In this document: positions 20,208 through 29,230 of the stretch, in pieces
Layout: each line of letters begins with the position of its first letter
Position numbering within the stretch: position 1 is the first letter of the stretch
DNA from: an uncultured delta proteobacterium
GTDB taxonomy: Bacteria > Myxococcota > Myxococcia > Myxococcales > Myxococcaceae
NCBI GenBank assembly: GCA_963796055.1
Contig: CAWCKH010000002.1
Span: 32,001-96,000 of the forward strand
Length of the DNA: 64,000 nt
Direction: 5' to 3'
The notes under the pieces: model-generated
Seen by the model: the letters and a program-made list of their open reading frames with translations, nothing else
What the model was told of the DNA's origin: nothing
Databases searched by the model: none
Program-made: the position numbers and the translations under genes

Positions 20208-20253
20208 CGTGTCGGCTCGCCGGGGTTGACGCCCCCCCGGCAGGGGTCCGATG

Positions 20254-20598
20254 TCAGGCCGCCGCGATCTTCGCGATGGCCGCAAAACCCTGCGGATCGG
20301 CGACGGCGATGTCGGCCAGCACCTTGCGGTCCAGCGCCACGTCCGCCTTTGCCAGCCCGGCGATGAGCCGGCTGTAGCTCAGGCCCGAGAGCCGGGCGGC
20401 GGCGTTGATCCGGACGATCCACAGCGAGCGGAAGTCCCGCTTCTTCCGGGCCCGATCCCGGCTGGCGTAGTCCAGCGCGCGCTCCACGGCCTGGTTCGCC
20501 CGCTTGTAGCAGTTCTTCCGCCGGCCCCGGTAACCCTTGGCCAGCTTCAAAATCCGGTTGCGCCGACGGCGCGCCTTGAAGCCCTTCTTGACCCGCAT
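20254..20598 (-). CDS. rplT: 50S ribosomal protein L20
   Basis: [29 protein letters not shown]. Confidence 0.97.
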   Translation of the reverse strand: MRVKKGFKARRRRNRILKLAKGYRGRRKNCYKRANQAVERALDYASRDRARKKRDFRSLWIVRINAAARLSGLSYSRLIAGLAKADVALDRKVLADIAVADPQGFAAIAKIAAA

Positions 20599-20607
20599 GA
20601 CTCGTCC

Positions 20608-20817
20608 TCAGTTCGCCCCGTAGGGGAACAGCTCCTTGATGACCTTCTTCGCGTCCATGTCGCGAAGGTAGCCGGTGCCGCGGTGGCGGCGATCGTTGTT
20701 GGCGGTCTTGGAGAAGGTGAACAGGTGCTTCCCGTAGGCCTTGGCGTGCTTCACCTTGCCCGACTTCTTCACCTGGAACCGCTTCTTGGCCGCACTGCGC
20801 GTCTTCAGCTTCGGCAT
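20608..20817 (-). CDS. rpmI: 50S ribosomal protein L35
   Basis: MPKLKTRSAAKKRF; position in the operon. Confidence 0.96.
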   Translation of the reverse strand: MPKLKTRSAAKKRFQVKKSGKVKHAKAYGKHLFTFSKTANNDRRHRGTGYLRDMDAKKVIKELFPYGAN

Positions 20818-20827
20818 CGCTCGACTC

Positions 20828-21463
20828 CTAAACGTGTCCTGGCCCGGCTGGGGCCTTGGAGGCGGCGGCGGCGGCAGGGGCCGGCTCCGTCTTCCGCTCT
20901 GCTTCCTGTTGTGCCGCCCGTTGCCTGGCCAGATCGCGCGCCCGCTGGGCGACCTTGGGGTTGGGGGCGAGGATCATGAACATCTGCCGGCCTTCCATTC
21001 GGGGCACCTGCTCCACCACCCCGACCTCTTTCACGTCCTTGATGACGTCTTCGAGCAACGCCTGGCCGAGCTCCTTGTGGGTGATCTCCCGGCCCCGGAA
21101 CATGATGGTGATGCGCGCCTTGTTCCCCTCCTCGAGGAAGCGCTTCACGTTCCGGACCTTGAACTCGTAGTCGTGCTCCTCCGTCTTCGGCCGCATCTTC
21201 ACCTCCTTGAGGTGAACCACGACCTGCTTCTTCTTCGCCTCCGATGCCCGCTTCTTCTCCTCGTACTTGAAGCGGCCGTAATCCATGATCTTGCAGACCG
21301 GAGGCTTGGCCATGGGGTTGACCTCCACGAGGTCCATCCCGAACTGATTGGCCTGCTCCAGTGCCGCTTCGATCGTCAAAACACCCAGCTGCTCGCCAGC
21401 GGGCCCGACCACGCGCACTTCACGGGCGCGGATCCGCCGGTTCGTTCTCTGGTCGCGAGCGAT
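20828..21463 (-). CDS. infC: translation initiation factor IF-3 (probable ATC start)
   Basis: NRRIRAREVRV, PPVCKIMDYG, KEVKMRP. GGAGG RBS precedes an in-frame ATC at 21463. Confidence 0.93.
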   Translation of the reverse strand: MARDQRTNRRIRAREVRVVGPAGEQLGVLTIEAALEQANQFGMDLVEVNPMAKPPVCKIMDYGRFKYEEKKRASEAKKKQVVVHLKEVKMRPKTEEHDYEFKVRNVKRFLEEGNKARITIMFRGREITHKELGQALLEDVIKDVKEVGVVEQVPRMEGRQMFMILAPNPKVAQRARDLARQRAAQQEAERKTEPAPAAAAASKAPAGPGHV

Positions 21464-21526
21464 GTGAGTCGACCTCCAGCTGGGGGAAGCCTGCCCGTGT
21501 AGGCGCAGGGGTCCAAAAGGCGGGGC

Positions 21527-21554
21527 AAGATACTTGCCTGACGCCCCAAGTCAA
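21527..21554 (-). promoter_or_regulatory. putative sigma70 promoter of infC-rpmI-rplT
   Basis: TTGACT-16nt-TATCTT on the minus strand. Confidence 0.5.
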
Positions 21555-21605
21555 GCGAGCCCTCCGGTTCTCCCCATAGCGCGGAAAGGCGCACACTGCA
21601 CGGCG

Positions 21606-23312
21606 ATGCGAGCCTTGCTGACCCTGGTCCTGGCCGGGTGGACGGTGTCGGCCTCGGCAGCCCCCCGCTCGGGAGGGGACACCTCGACGGGGCTTCTCTT
21701 CCACGACACCTGTGCGGGGGGCAAGGCCCCGGTCTGCAGCCGGCTGGGGCGGATGTTCATGCCCGGGTTTGTGACCCGGAACGAGCAGAGGGCGCTCCGG
21801 GCGTCCAAGGCCTACTGCGAGCTGCTGGGGACGCCCTGGGAGTGTCTGGATGCCCGGGAGCGGGTGCTTCGCCAGCGGCCTCCGGACCTGCCAGCCGCGG
21901 CGCGGTTCGCCGAGGGGGCGTGCAAGTCCGGCTCCCCGCGGGGCTGCGTGCTCTGGGCGGAAGCGGTGGGGTGTGGCCGGGGTGTCCCGGCCGACGTGAA
22001 GAAGGGGCTCGGGGTGCTCCGGCGCCAGTGCGAGCAGAGCCCGCAGGCCTGTCTCGAGCTGGCGGTGTGGCTGGACTTCCCGGGGGCAGCGGCGGCGCTG
22101 GACGGCTCGCCGGCCAAGGCGAGCGCGACCTACGTGGCGGCGGAGATCGCGCTCACCAACGACCGCGTGGACCGCGCCGCCGAACTCCTGGCGCTGCTCC
22201 CCAGGAGCCAGTCGCCATGGCCCGAGCGACGGGCATTCCTCTCCGCGATGATCGGGCTGGCGCGCCGTGACCAGGCGGCCTTCCGTGCCGGGGTGAAGCA
22301 GCTCCAGACGCTGAAGCCGGACGAGCGGGTGACGCGTATCCTGGGGCGAGTGGCGTCGGGCGACTGGACGGCCGGGTGGATGCCAGCGCTGATCTCCGCC
22401 TGGACGGAGGAGCGGAAGCCCGAGCTGAAGGGTGACCCGTTCCTCCTCCCCTCCTTCGAGCCTCAGTCCACCTGCATCCCGGACGAGCGTGAGCCCGCGA
22501 ACGCTGGATCACCGGACACCGTGGAGGGCTTCGTGACCCGCCTCGCGCACCGGTTCCACGGTCGGCCGAGGCTGCCACCCCCGCGCGCGCTGCTCGAGGC
22601 GGCGCAGATCCACGCGGCGGGACGGGACGACGGGGTGCGGCTGATCGCCCTGTCGCTGCTGGTCGAGCCGTTCCTCACCGCCGAGCAGCGGGAGCAGTCA
22701 CGCGCTCCTGCCGCGGCGACCCTTGCCGCCCTGGCCGACGCACACCCGCGGGAGCCGTTCTTCCAGCTCGCGGCGGTGGCAGGCCCGGACGCCGAGACTG
22801 CGCCGGTGGGGGTCCCGGCGCTCGAGCGACTGGAACGCCTGACCAAGCTCGGACAGCTGCGCTTCCCCGGCCGCCTCTTGCAGCAGACGCTGGAGCGCTA
22901 CCTCGCGCCCGACGACTTCTCGGACTTCGGGCTGAGCACCGCGGTGGAGGTGGTGCTGGACATCGACCTCGAGCGGTACCTGGAGCGGGTGCTGAACGAG
23001 GCCGGAGCCCCCGAGCGCCGGGTGGCGGTGGTCCGGACCCTGGCGTGGCAGATGTCCCGGAGCGAGTGGCTGGTGCATCTCTTCACCGGAGCGCGGCTCC
23101 TGTCGGCCGTCGCCGAACGCACCGGCAGCGACGCCGACCGGGCGCTGGCGGCATCAACTCTCGCCCATGGCCAGCGGCTGTGGAGCAGCTGGACGACCTT
23201 CCCCCGGATGGGGCGGTGGCCGGCATCCGCGCTTCCGGACGAGCTGCGGGCCCGCGGGTTCGAGGACGAGGTGGGAGTGCTCGAGCGCTACGCGGCGATG
23301 GGTGCGGAGTGA
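21606..23312 (+). CDS. secreted hypothetical protein with N-terminal Cys-containing Sel1-like repeats
   Basis: Signal peptide; ACKSGSPRGC and GRGVPADVKKG Sel1-like pattern; helical remainder. Confidence 0.6.
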   Translation: MRALLTLVLAGWTVSASAAPRSGGDTSTGLLFHDTCAGGKAPVCSRLGRMFMPGFVTRNEQRALRASKAYCELLGTPWECLDARERVLRQRPPDLPAAARFAEGACKSGSPRGCVLWAEAVGCGRGVPADVKKGLGVLRRQCEQSPQACLELAVWLDFPGAAAALDGSPAKASATYVAAEIALTNDRVDRAAELLALLPRSQSPWPERRAFLSAMIGLARRDQAAFRAGVKQLQTLKPDERVTRILGRVASGDWTAGWMPALISAWTEERKPELKGDPFLLPSFEPQSTCIPDEREPANAGSPDTVEGFVTRLAHRFHGRPRLPPPRALLEAAQIHAAGRDDGVRLIALSLLVEPFLTAEQREQSRAPAAATLAALADAHPREPFFQLAAVAGPDAETAPVGVPALERLERLTKLGQLRFPGRLLQQTLERYLAPDDFSDFGLSTAVEVVLDIDLERYLERVLNEAGAPERRVAVVRTLAWQMSRSEWLVHLFTGARLLSAVAERTGSDADRALAASTLAHGQRLWSSWTTFPRMGRWPASALPDELRARGFEDEVGVLERYAAMGAE

Positions 23313-23460
23313 GGCCCCACGCGGCGCAGTTCTCCGCACACGGCGCACCTACAGCAGCCTGCACGGTGCGTTTTCGAGCGAAGCAACACGAGCTCGAGAG
23401 GTGTTGCATCCGGGTCCACGGGGCCGACGAAACAAAGCCAAACTTCCGGGACACAGGACG

Positions 23461-23475
23461 TGGCACGAGGGATGC
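23461..23475 (+). promoter_or_regulatory. sigma54 -24/-12 promoter
   Basis: TGGCACGAGGGATGC (GG-N10-GC). Confidence 0.65.
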
Positions 23476-23511
23476 GATGGACGGGGGCGTCTCGTCTCTG
23501 GAGGTCGCACC

Positions 23512-23694
23512 GTGAACAGCTCCCCCGCCGCCGTCTCGCCTGTTGTCGTCCGTTGGGTCTCGCTGCTGGCGCTCGGCTACGTCGCCGCCAGCACCCTCCT
23601 CGTCCGGGACTACATCGTCCAGACCCGGACGGCGATTCACTCCCAGGCGGCCCGGCCGGCGCCCGTGAACGACTCGGCGTACGCCAACCGCTGA
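23512..23694 (+). CDS. 60-aa single-TM small protein (paralog of 25799..25993)
   Basis: GGAGG RBS, GTG start; RWVSLLALGYVAASTLLVRDYIVQTRTA...YANR. Confidence 0.72.
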   Translation: MNSSPAAVSPVVVRWVSLLALGYVAASTLLVRDYIVQTRTAIHSQAARPAPVNDSAYANR

Positions 23695-23703
23695 GCGAGC
23701 TCT

Positions 23704-25632
23704 CTAGGGCGCGGAGGCTTCCTTCGAGAGCAGCTCGAGGAACGCGTCGAGCGGCATGCTCTTGAGGTCCTCGCCTCCGTAGCGCCGCGGGGCGACCGCG
23801 CGCTGCTCCACCTCCCGATCGCCGATGACCAGGGTGAAGGGGATCTTCTGGAGCTGGGCCTCGCGGATCTTCGCGTTCATCGTCATCCCGCGATCGTCCA
23901 GCTCGGCGCGGAAGCCACGGCAACGAAGCAGCTCGAGCACCTCGCGGGCGTAGGGCAGCTGGCGGTCGGCGACCGTGACCAGCTGGACCTGGATCGGTGC
24001 GAGCCAGGTGGGGAACGCCCCGGCGTAGTGCTCGACCAGGATGGCGATGAAGCGCTCGAAGCTGCCGTAGATGGCACGGTGGAGGACGACCGGGCGGTGC
24101 TCGGCGTTGTCCTCGCCGACGTAGGAGAGCTCGAAACGCTCGGGGGCGTTGTAGTCGGCCTGGATGGTGCCCAGCTGCCAGGTGCGCCCGATGCTGTCCT
24201 TCACGTGGAAGTCGAGCTTGGGGCCGTAGAAGGCGCCGTCGCCCGGGTTCTGCTCGTACTCGATGCCGAGCGATTTCACCGCCGACTCCAGCGCCGCCTC
24301 GGCACGGTCCCAGAGCGCGTCGTCGCCGATGCGCTGCGGCGGGCGGGTGCCGAACTTGGCGACGTACGTCAGGCCGAACGCGGCGTAGACCTTGTCCAGG
24401 AGCTGGATGAAGCGCTTCACCTCGTCGGCGAGCTGTCCCTCGGTGCAGTAGATGTGCGCGTCGTCCTGGGCGAACTGCCGGACCCGGGTGAGGCCGCTGA
24501 GGCTGCCCGACGCCTCGTTCCGGTGCAGCACGTCCTGGGTGGCGTACCGCAGCGGCAGCTCGCGGTAGCTGTGCTTCCGGGACGCGAAGTACAGATGGTG
24601 CGAGGGGCAGTTCATCGGCTTCAGGCTGAAGTCGTGCTCGCCGGTCTCCTTGTCGAGGACCAGGAACATGTTCTCGCGGTACTTGCCCCAGTGGCCGCTC
24701 TTCTCCCAGAGCGCCTTGTTGTAGAGGAGCGGGGTCTTGATCTCCTGGTAGCCGTTCTCGCGGGTCCAGCGACGGATCTGGTCGGCGAGCACCTGGTAGA
24801 GGACGGTTCCCTTCGGGCTCCAGAAGGCGGCGCCGGGGGCCTCGGGGAAGAACTCGAACAGGTCGAGCTCCCGGCCGAGCTTCCGGTGGTCGCGCTTCTT
24901 CGCCTCCTCCTGCTGCTTCAGCCAGGCGTCGAGCTCCTTCTTGTCGAAGAAGGCGGTGCCGTAGATGCGCTGGAGCATCGGATTGCGGTGGTCGCCGCGC
25001 CAGTACGCGCCGCTGGTGCTCAGCAGCTTGATGACGCCGATCTTTCCGGTCGACGGACCATGCGGGCCGAGGCAGAAGTCGACCCAGTCGCCGTGGCGGT
25101 AGAGAGTCAGCGTCGTGGCGCCCTTGGCGACGATGTCCTCGATGATTTCCACCTTGAACTTCTCGCCCTTGGACTCGAAGAGCTGGATCGCGTCGGCGAC
25201 GTTCACCTCCTCACGGACGAAGGGGAGGTTCTGGGCGACCTCCTTGTTGGCCTCCGCCTCGATCGCCTCGAGCTCCTCCGGGGTGAACGGCTTGTCGCGG
25301 AAGAAGTCGTAGTAGAAGCCGCCGTCGATCGTCGGGCCGATGGTGACCTGGGTCCCGGGGAAGAGCTTCTGGACGGCGCTGGCCACCACGTGCGCGGCGT
25401 CGTGACGGATGGTGTCCAGGGCCTCCGGAGTCCTGGAGGTGAGAATCTCCAGCTTCCCGTTCTCGGTCAGCGGCCGCGAGAGGTCGACCTCGTTGCCATT
25501 GAAGCGCGCGAGGACCGCCGCCTTGGCCAGGCCGGGGCCGATGGACTCCTTGACGAAGTCCCCGACGCGGATGCCGACCGGGGCAGCCTTGGCGCTGCCG
25601 TCCGGGAGGGTGATCTGGATGCTGTCCGACAT
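23704..25632 (-). CDS. thrS: threonyl-tRNA synthetase
   Basis: TGS domain, [31 protein letters not shown]. Confidence 0.97.
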   Translation of the reverse strand: MSDSIQITLPDGSAKAAPVGIRVGDFVKESIGPGLAKAAVLARFNGNEVDLSRPLTENGKLEILTSRTPEALDTIRHDAAHVVASAVQKLFPGTQVTIGPTIDGGFYYDFFRDKPFTPEELEAIEAEANKEVAQNLPFVREEVNVADAIQLFESKGEKFKVEIIEDIVAKGATTLTLYRHGDWVDFCLGPHGPSTGKIGVIKLLSTSGAYWRGDHRNPMLQRIYGTAFFDKKELDAWLKQQEEAKKRDHRKLGRELDLFEFFPEAPGAAFWSPKGTVLYQVLADQIRRWTRENGYQEIKTPLLYNKALWEKSGHWGKYRENMFLVLDKETGEHDFSLKPMNCPSHHLYFASRKHSYRELPLRYATQDVLHRNEASGSLSGLTRVRQFAQDDAHIYCTEGQLADEVKRFIQLLDKVYAAFGLTYVAKFGTRPPQRIGDDALWDRAEAALESAVKSLGIEYEQNPGDGAFYGPKLDFHVKDSIGRTWQLGTIQADYNAPERFELSYVGEDNAEHRPVVLHRAIYGSFERFIAILVEHYAGAFPTWLAPIQVQLVTVADRQLPYAREVLELLRCRGFRAELDDRGMTMNAKIREAQLQKIPFTLVIGDREVEQRAVAPRRYGGEDLKSMPLDAFLELLSKEASAP

Positions 25633-25744
25633 GGGAGGCGGATACCTACGGGATTGTTGCCCGTGGCGCCACAGCCCGGCTGGGCCGTCACCCCCAGCGC
25701 CACGCCCAGGGCAACAAATTCCCTAACACAGGCCACACAAAGGC

Positions 25745-25759
25745 CGGCACGGCGAATGC
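25745..25759 (+). promoter_or_regulatory. sigma54 -24/-12 promoter
   Basis: CGGCACGGCGAATGC (GG-N10-GC), in the same relative position as the 23461 site. Confidence 0.6.
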
Positions 25760-25798
25760 GATGGATGGGGCCGTTCTCGCCGTTGGAGGTCAAGCCCC

Positions 25799-25993
25799 AT
25801 GTCCCGCTCCGCCGCCGTCATTCCGTCTGCTCCCCGTTCCCACATCGCCCGCTGGGTTGCCCTTCTAGCCGTCGGCTACCTCGCGGGCAGCGCTCTCCTC
25901 GTTCGGGATTTCGTCGTGCAGAACCGGACGGCGACGCAGGCACAGGTGGCCCACGAGGCGGCCGTTTCCAGTCCCTCGTACGCGGCCCGCTAG
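25799..25993 (+). CDS. 64-aa single-TM small protein (paralog of 23512..23694)
   Basis: GGAGG RBS; RWVALLAVGYLAGSALLVRDFVVQNRTA...YAAR. Confidence 0.72.
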   Translation: MSRSAAVIPSAPRSHIARWVALLAVGYLAGSALLVRDFVVQNRTATQAQVAHEAAVSSPSYAAR

Positions 25994-26108
25994 TACTCCC
26001 CTCGCGGGGCTGCATCAGCCCGATCCACCGGCGTCCCCGAGGTCCTGCACCTCGGTGCGTAAGACCTTGCGCCAGCGACCCCGAAGACTTGAGCCGTCTC
26101 AGATGCTG

Positions 26109-26180
<72 letters not shown>

Positions 26181-26220
26181 CGAAGAGGCAGGGGAAATAC
26201 CTGCCCGCCCCCCGGGGGTG

Positions 26221-26688
26221 TCAAGCACGCTCGACCCGGGCCGCGTAGCAGCCGCGCCCGGCGTTGTGCACATGGAGGTACGCCGTCCCGGGAACCGCGA
26301 GCAGTCGCTCGAAGAGCGGCGCCGCCTCCCGGCCGTTCACCACCACCCCATCGAGCATCTGTCCTGCCTGGTCGAACGCCCGGACCGAGAGCGTGCGGCG
26401 GGCGAGCACCTCCGGAACTTCGTTCACCTCTGGATGCGCTTCCTCGGCGCCATCCTCGACGAAGATCGCGTGCTGCGAGCGGTACGGGGTGGCGGCAGGC
26501 TGGTGCTCGAAGTTCAGGAGGAGCATCCGGGCACCACGCGGAGCGTCCCGGAGCGACACGCGACAGGGGAACCCCGGCGATTCGTCGGCGATCTTCACCT
26601 CGACCCCCCGCTTCACCAGCTCGGCCTCGGGCAGCCCGTAGAGCGGCCGGAACAAGGACGACGGCAGACCCACCACGCGAAACGCCAC
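26221..26688 (-). CDS. DUF1203-like protein
   Basis: PGFPCRVSLRDA, SVRAFD, YLHVHNAGRGCYA; GGAGG RBS. Confidence 0.8.
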   Translation of the reverse strand: MAFRVVGLPSSLFRPLYGLPEAELVKRGVEVKIADESPGFPCRVSLRDAPRGARMLLLNFEHQPAATPYRSQHAIFVEDGAEEAHPEVNEVPEVLARRTLSVRAFDQAGQMLDGVVVNGREAAPLFERLLAVPGTAYLHVHNAGRGCYAARVERA

Positions 26689-26784
26689 GGCGCACCTCCT
26701 GATTCGATGTCGCCGGAGAGTGTGGCGCCGGGTGGCCTCGGTGGCGTTCTGCTTCCTGCGATCGAAGACCGATGGGCTCCGGCC

Positions 26785-27474
26785 TCAGCCCGCGAGCTCG
26801 AGCGCGCGCCGCAGCACGGCATCGAACATCGCCGGGGTGAGCCGTCCGGTCTGCGTGTTCTGCTGGCTCACGTGGTACGCGCCGACCAGCCGCGGTGCGC
26901 CGTCGAGCGACAGCTCCGCCCCGTGCGCGAACTTCGGCGCCGGACGCGGCACCGCGACGCCGCGCCCGCGGAGCACGCCCAGGACGGAAGACCAGGCAAT
27001 GGCCCCCAGCGCCAGCACCACCTGCGGGTGGAGGAGCTCGAGCTCCCGGGCGAGCCACGGTCCGCAGCGGGCGAGCTCGTCCGGACGCGGCACATTGTCC
27101 GGAGGGGCGCACCGCACGGCCAGCATCACCCACACTCCCTGGAGCCGGAGGCCGTCGTCCCGCGACTCGCTCCGCGCCTGATTCGCCAGCCGGGCCCGGT
27201 GCAGGGCCGCGTAGAGGAAGTCGCCCGAGCGATCCCCGGTGAAGACGCGTCCGGTCCGATTTCCACCGTGCGCCGCCGGCGCGAGGCCGACGATCGCCAG
27301 CCGCGCACGCGGATCACCCCACCCGGTAACCGGCCGTGCCCAGTACGTCCAGTCGCGGAACGCCCGCCGCTTCAGCCGGCCTACCTCCTCGCGCCAGCGC
27401 ACCAGCCGGGGACAGGCCACGCAGGTGGGGATGCACGCCTCGAGCGCCGTCAGGGTCCTCAGGCGAGGTGCCAC
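26785..27474 (-). CDS. uracil-DNA glycosylase family 5 (UdgB-like, Fe-S)
   Basis: CVACPRL, GLAPAAHGGNRTGRVFTGD, RCAPPDN, YHVSQQNT. Start uncertain. Confidence 0.88.
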   Translation of the reverse strand: MAPRLRTLTALEACIPTCVACPRLVRWREEVGRLKRRAFRDWTYWARPVTGWGDPRARLAIVGLAPAAHGGNRTGRVFTGDRSGDFLYAALHRARLANQARSESRDDGLRLQGVWVMLAVRCAPPDNVPRPDELARCGPWLARELELLHPQVVLALGAIAWSSVLGVLRGRGVAVPRPAPKFAHGAELSLDGAPRLVGAYHVSQQNTQTGRLTPAMFDAVLRRALELAG

Positions 27475-27579
27475 CAAGGCGGGGCTCCGTACCAGTCCGC
27501 GAGGACAGACCGAACGCGCGCTCACCGGCAACCCTCGGCGCCCCAGCCGGAGAGCCGCGCCCGGGCGAACACCGGCCGC

Positions 27580-27697
27580 TGCCGAGAGGCTATAGCAACA
27601 ACCCTCACACTGGGTGACATCAAACGACCACGGTTCAGTGACTTGGAACCCGGCCTGACGTACTCTCCGTTATAGTTGTTGCTATAGCCTCTCGGCA
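27580..27697. repeat. perfect 23-bp inverted repeat enclosing a 72-nt structured core (candidate ncRNA or MITE)
   Basis: TGCCGAGAGGCTATAGCAACAAC (27580-27602) and its exact reverse complement (27675-27697). Confidence 0.85.
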
Positions 27698-27766
27698 CCC
27701 GCGCCCGGCCCCCGGGCTCCGGCGCAGCCACCGATGGAGCCACCCCTGCCTCCACCCGCGGGCCGG

Positions 27767-28561
27767 TCATCGGCTCCCGCCGTCCCGTGCTCCGCCGCGC
27801 GAGACCACCGGCTGGGGAGTCGCTGAGGCGAGCTCATCGATCAACCGGCGCGCCGCCTCGGCCTGCGCGGGCTCGTCGCCCACGTCGACCATCAGCTCCG
27901 CGTCCGGATGCAGCAGCAGCATCCCGTGTACCTCGCCCGCGTCCACCCCGGCGGGCACCTCCACCCGCAGCGGCAGTCCGCAGACCCCGTCCGCCACGAC
28001 CGATGCGAGCGGCACCCGGATCCGCACCCGCGCCCGCCGCGGCACCGTGCTGCACTCGGCCGGAGCGCCGCCGATCCCCGACAGCTCCACACCGGAGAAC
28101 GCGCGCGCCCGGGTCCACTCCTCGCGCGTGGGCCACCCTCCCCTGCTCCACTGGACCGCCACCGGACGCAGGATGCGGAGGCGCGCCGCGAGGTCCTCCG
28201 TGAACGGCCCCTCCACGTCCACCGCGAGCCGTCCCGGCGACCAGCGCCGCACCCGCGCCACGTCCACCCCGCGCTCCTCGACCCACGGCCCCACCCGTCC
28301 GACGAACGGTGCCAGCGCGGGGGCGCCGAGCGGCGGCCGTACCCGGACGAACGCCGAGCCCGCGAGCCGCAACGTCTCCGCCGTGGACCGCCGGAGCCCG
28401 TTGCTCCGCGTGCGCAGCCAGAGCACCACCTCAGGCCGGGCGAGCGCGCGCAGCCGATCCGCCTCCAGCTCCTCCGAGGCCACCACGTGCATCCGGAACC
28501 CCGGCAGCACCCAGTCGGCAGGGCCCGCGGCCAGCACCACCGCCAGCGCCACCCAGCTCAC
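27767..28561 (-). CDS. hypothetical exported protein
   Basis: GTG overlaps the upstream TGA; hydrophobic N-terminus VSWVALAVVLAA. Confidence 0.6.
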   Translation of the reverse strand: MSWVALAVVLAAGPADWVLPGFRMHVVASEELEADRLRALARPEVVLWLRTRSNGLRRSTAETLRLAGSAFVRVRPPLGAPALAPFVGRVGPWVEERGVDVARVRRWSPGRLAVDVEGPFTEDLAARLRILRPVAVQWSRGGWPTREEWTRARAFSGVELSGIGGAPAECSTVPRRARVRIRVPLASVVADGVCGLPLRVEVPAGVDAGEVHGMLLLHPDAELMVDVGDEPAQAEAARRLIDELASATPQPVVSRGGARDGGSR

Positions 28562-29127
28562 GGGACCCGCCGCGCCGGGGCCACCCAGAGGTACCCCCAG
28601 CGCAGGAAGTACTGCGCGGTGCTGATCGCCACGCACAGCCCCGTGAAGTAGCCCGCAACCAGCAGCCAGGCGTGCAGCAGCGGCGAGTTGGTGAACGTCT
28701 GGTCGAAGAGCCCCAGCACCACGAAGCAGGTGAGCGCGAAGGTGGCGTACTTCCCGATCCGGGAGGGCGCCGCCGGCAGCTCCAGCCCCTTCCGCTTCAC
28801 CATCGCCGCGCCCGCCGCCATCGAACCGTCACGAAACGCGACCAGGAGCACCATCCACAGCGGCGCCTCGTGCTCGACGTAGAGCACGATCAGCGCCGCC
28901 CCGGCCAGCAGCTTGTCCGCGAGCGGATCCAGGAACGCACCGAGCTTCGTCCGCTGATCGAGCAGTCGCGCCAGGAACCCATCGAGCGAATCAGTCACCG
29001 CGGCCACCAGGAACACCACCAGAGCCCAGCCCGGCCTCCCGCCGAGGTGGAGCAGCACGAACACCGGCACCGCGAGCAGGCGTGCGTAGGTCAGCAGATT
29101 CGGGACGGTCCACTTGTCGGCGGGCAC
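28558..29127 (-). CDS. CDP-alcohol phosphatidyltransferase (PgsA-like)
   Basis: PNLLT and DSLDGFLAR...GAFLDPLADK signature. Start 29127 or 29136. Confidence 0.9.
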   Translation of the reverse strand: MPADKWTVPNLLTYARLLAVPVFVLLHLGGRPGWALVVFLVAAVTDSLDGFLARLLDQRTKLGAFLDPLADKLLAGAALIVLYVEHEAPLWMVLLVAFRDGSMAAGAAMVKRKGLELPAAPSRIGKYATFALTCFVVLGLFDQTFTNSPLLHAWLLVAGYFTGLCVAISTAQYFLRWGYLWVAPARRVP

Positions 29128-29230
29128 GGGCAGCACAGATGAGAGTCGATTCGCCGGGCCCCCGCAACGGTGCAGCCCGCGAGCATCCAAGGACTCGCCG
29201 GTGGGCCAGCACTCCAGAAAGAGACGGTTC

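Noticed and set aside
27580..27697. Retron msr-msd, SRP RNA or tRNA identity for the inverted-repeat element
   Set aside because: No reverse transcriptase in the window, no SRP GGAAGGAAGCAG motif and no cloverleaf; kept as unexplained.
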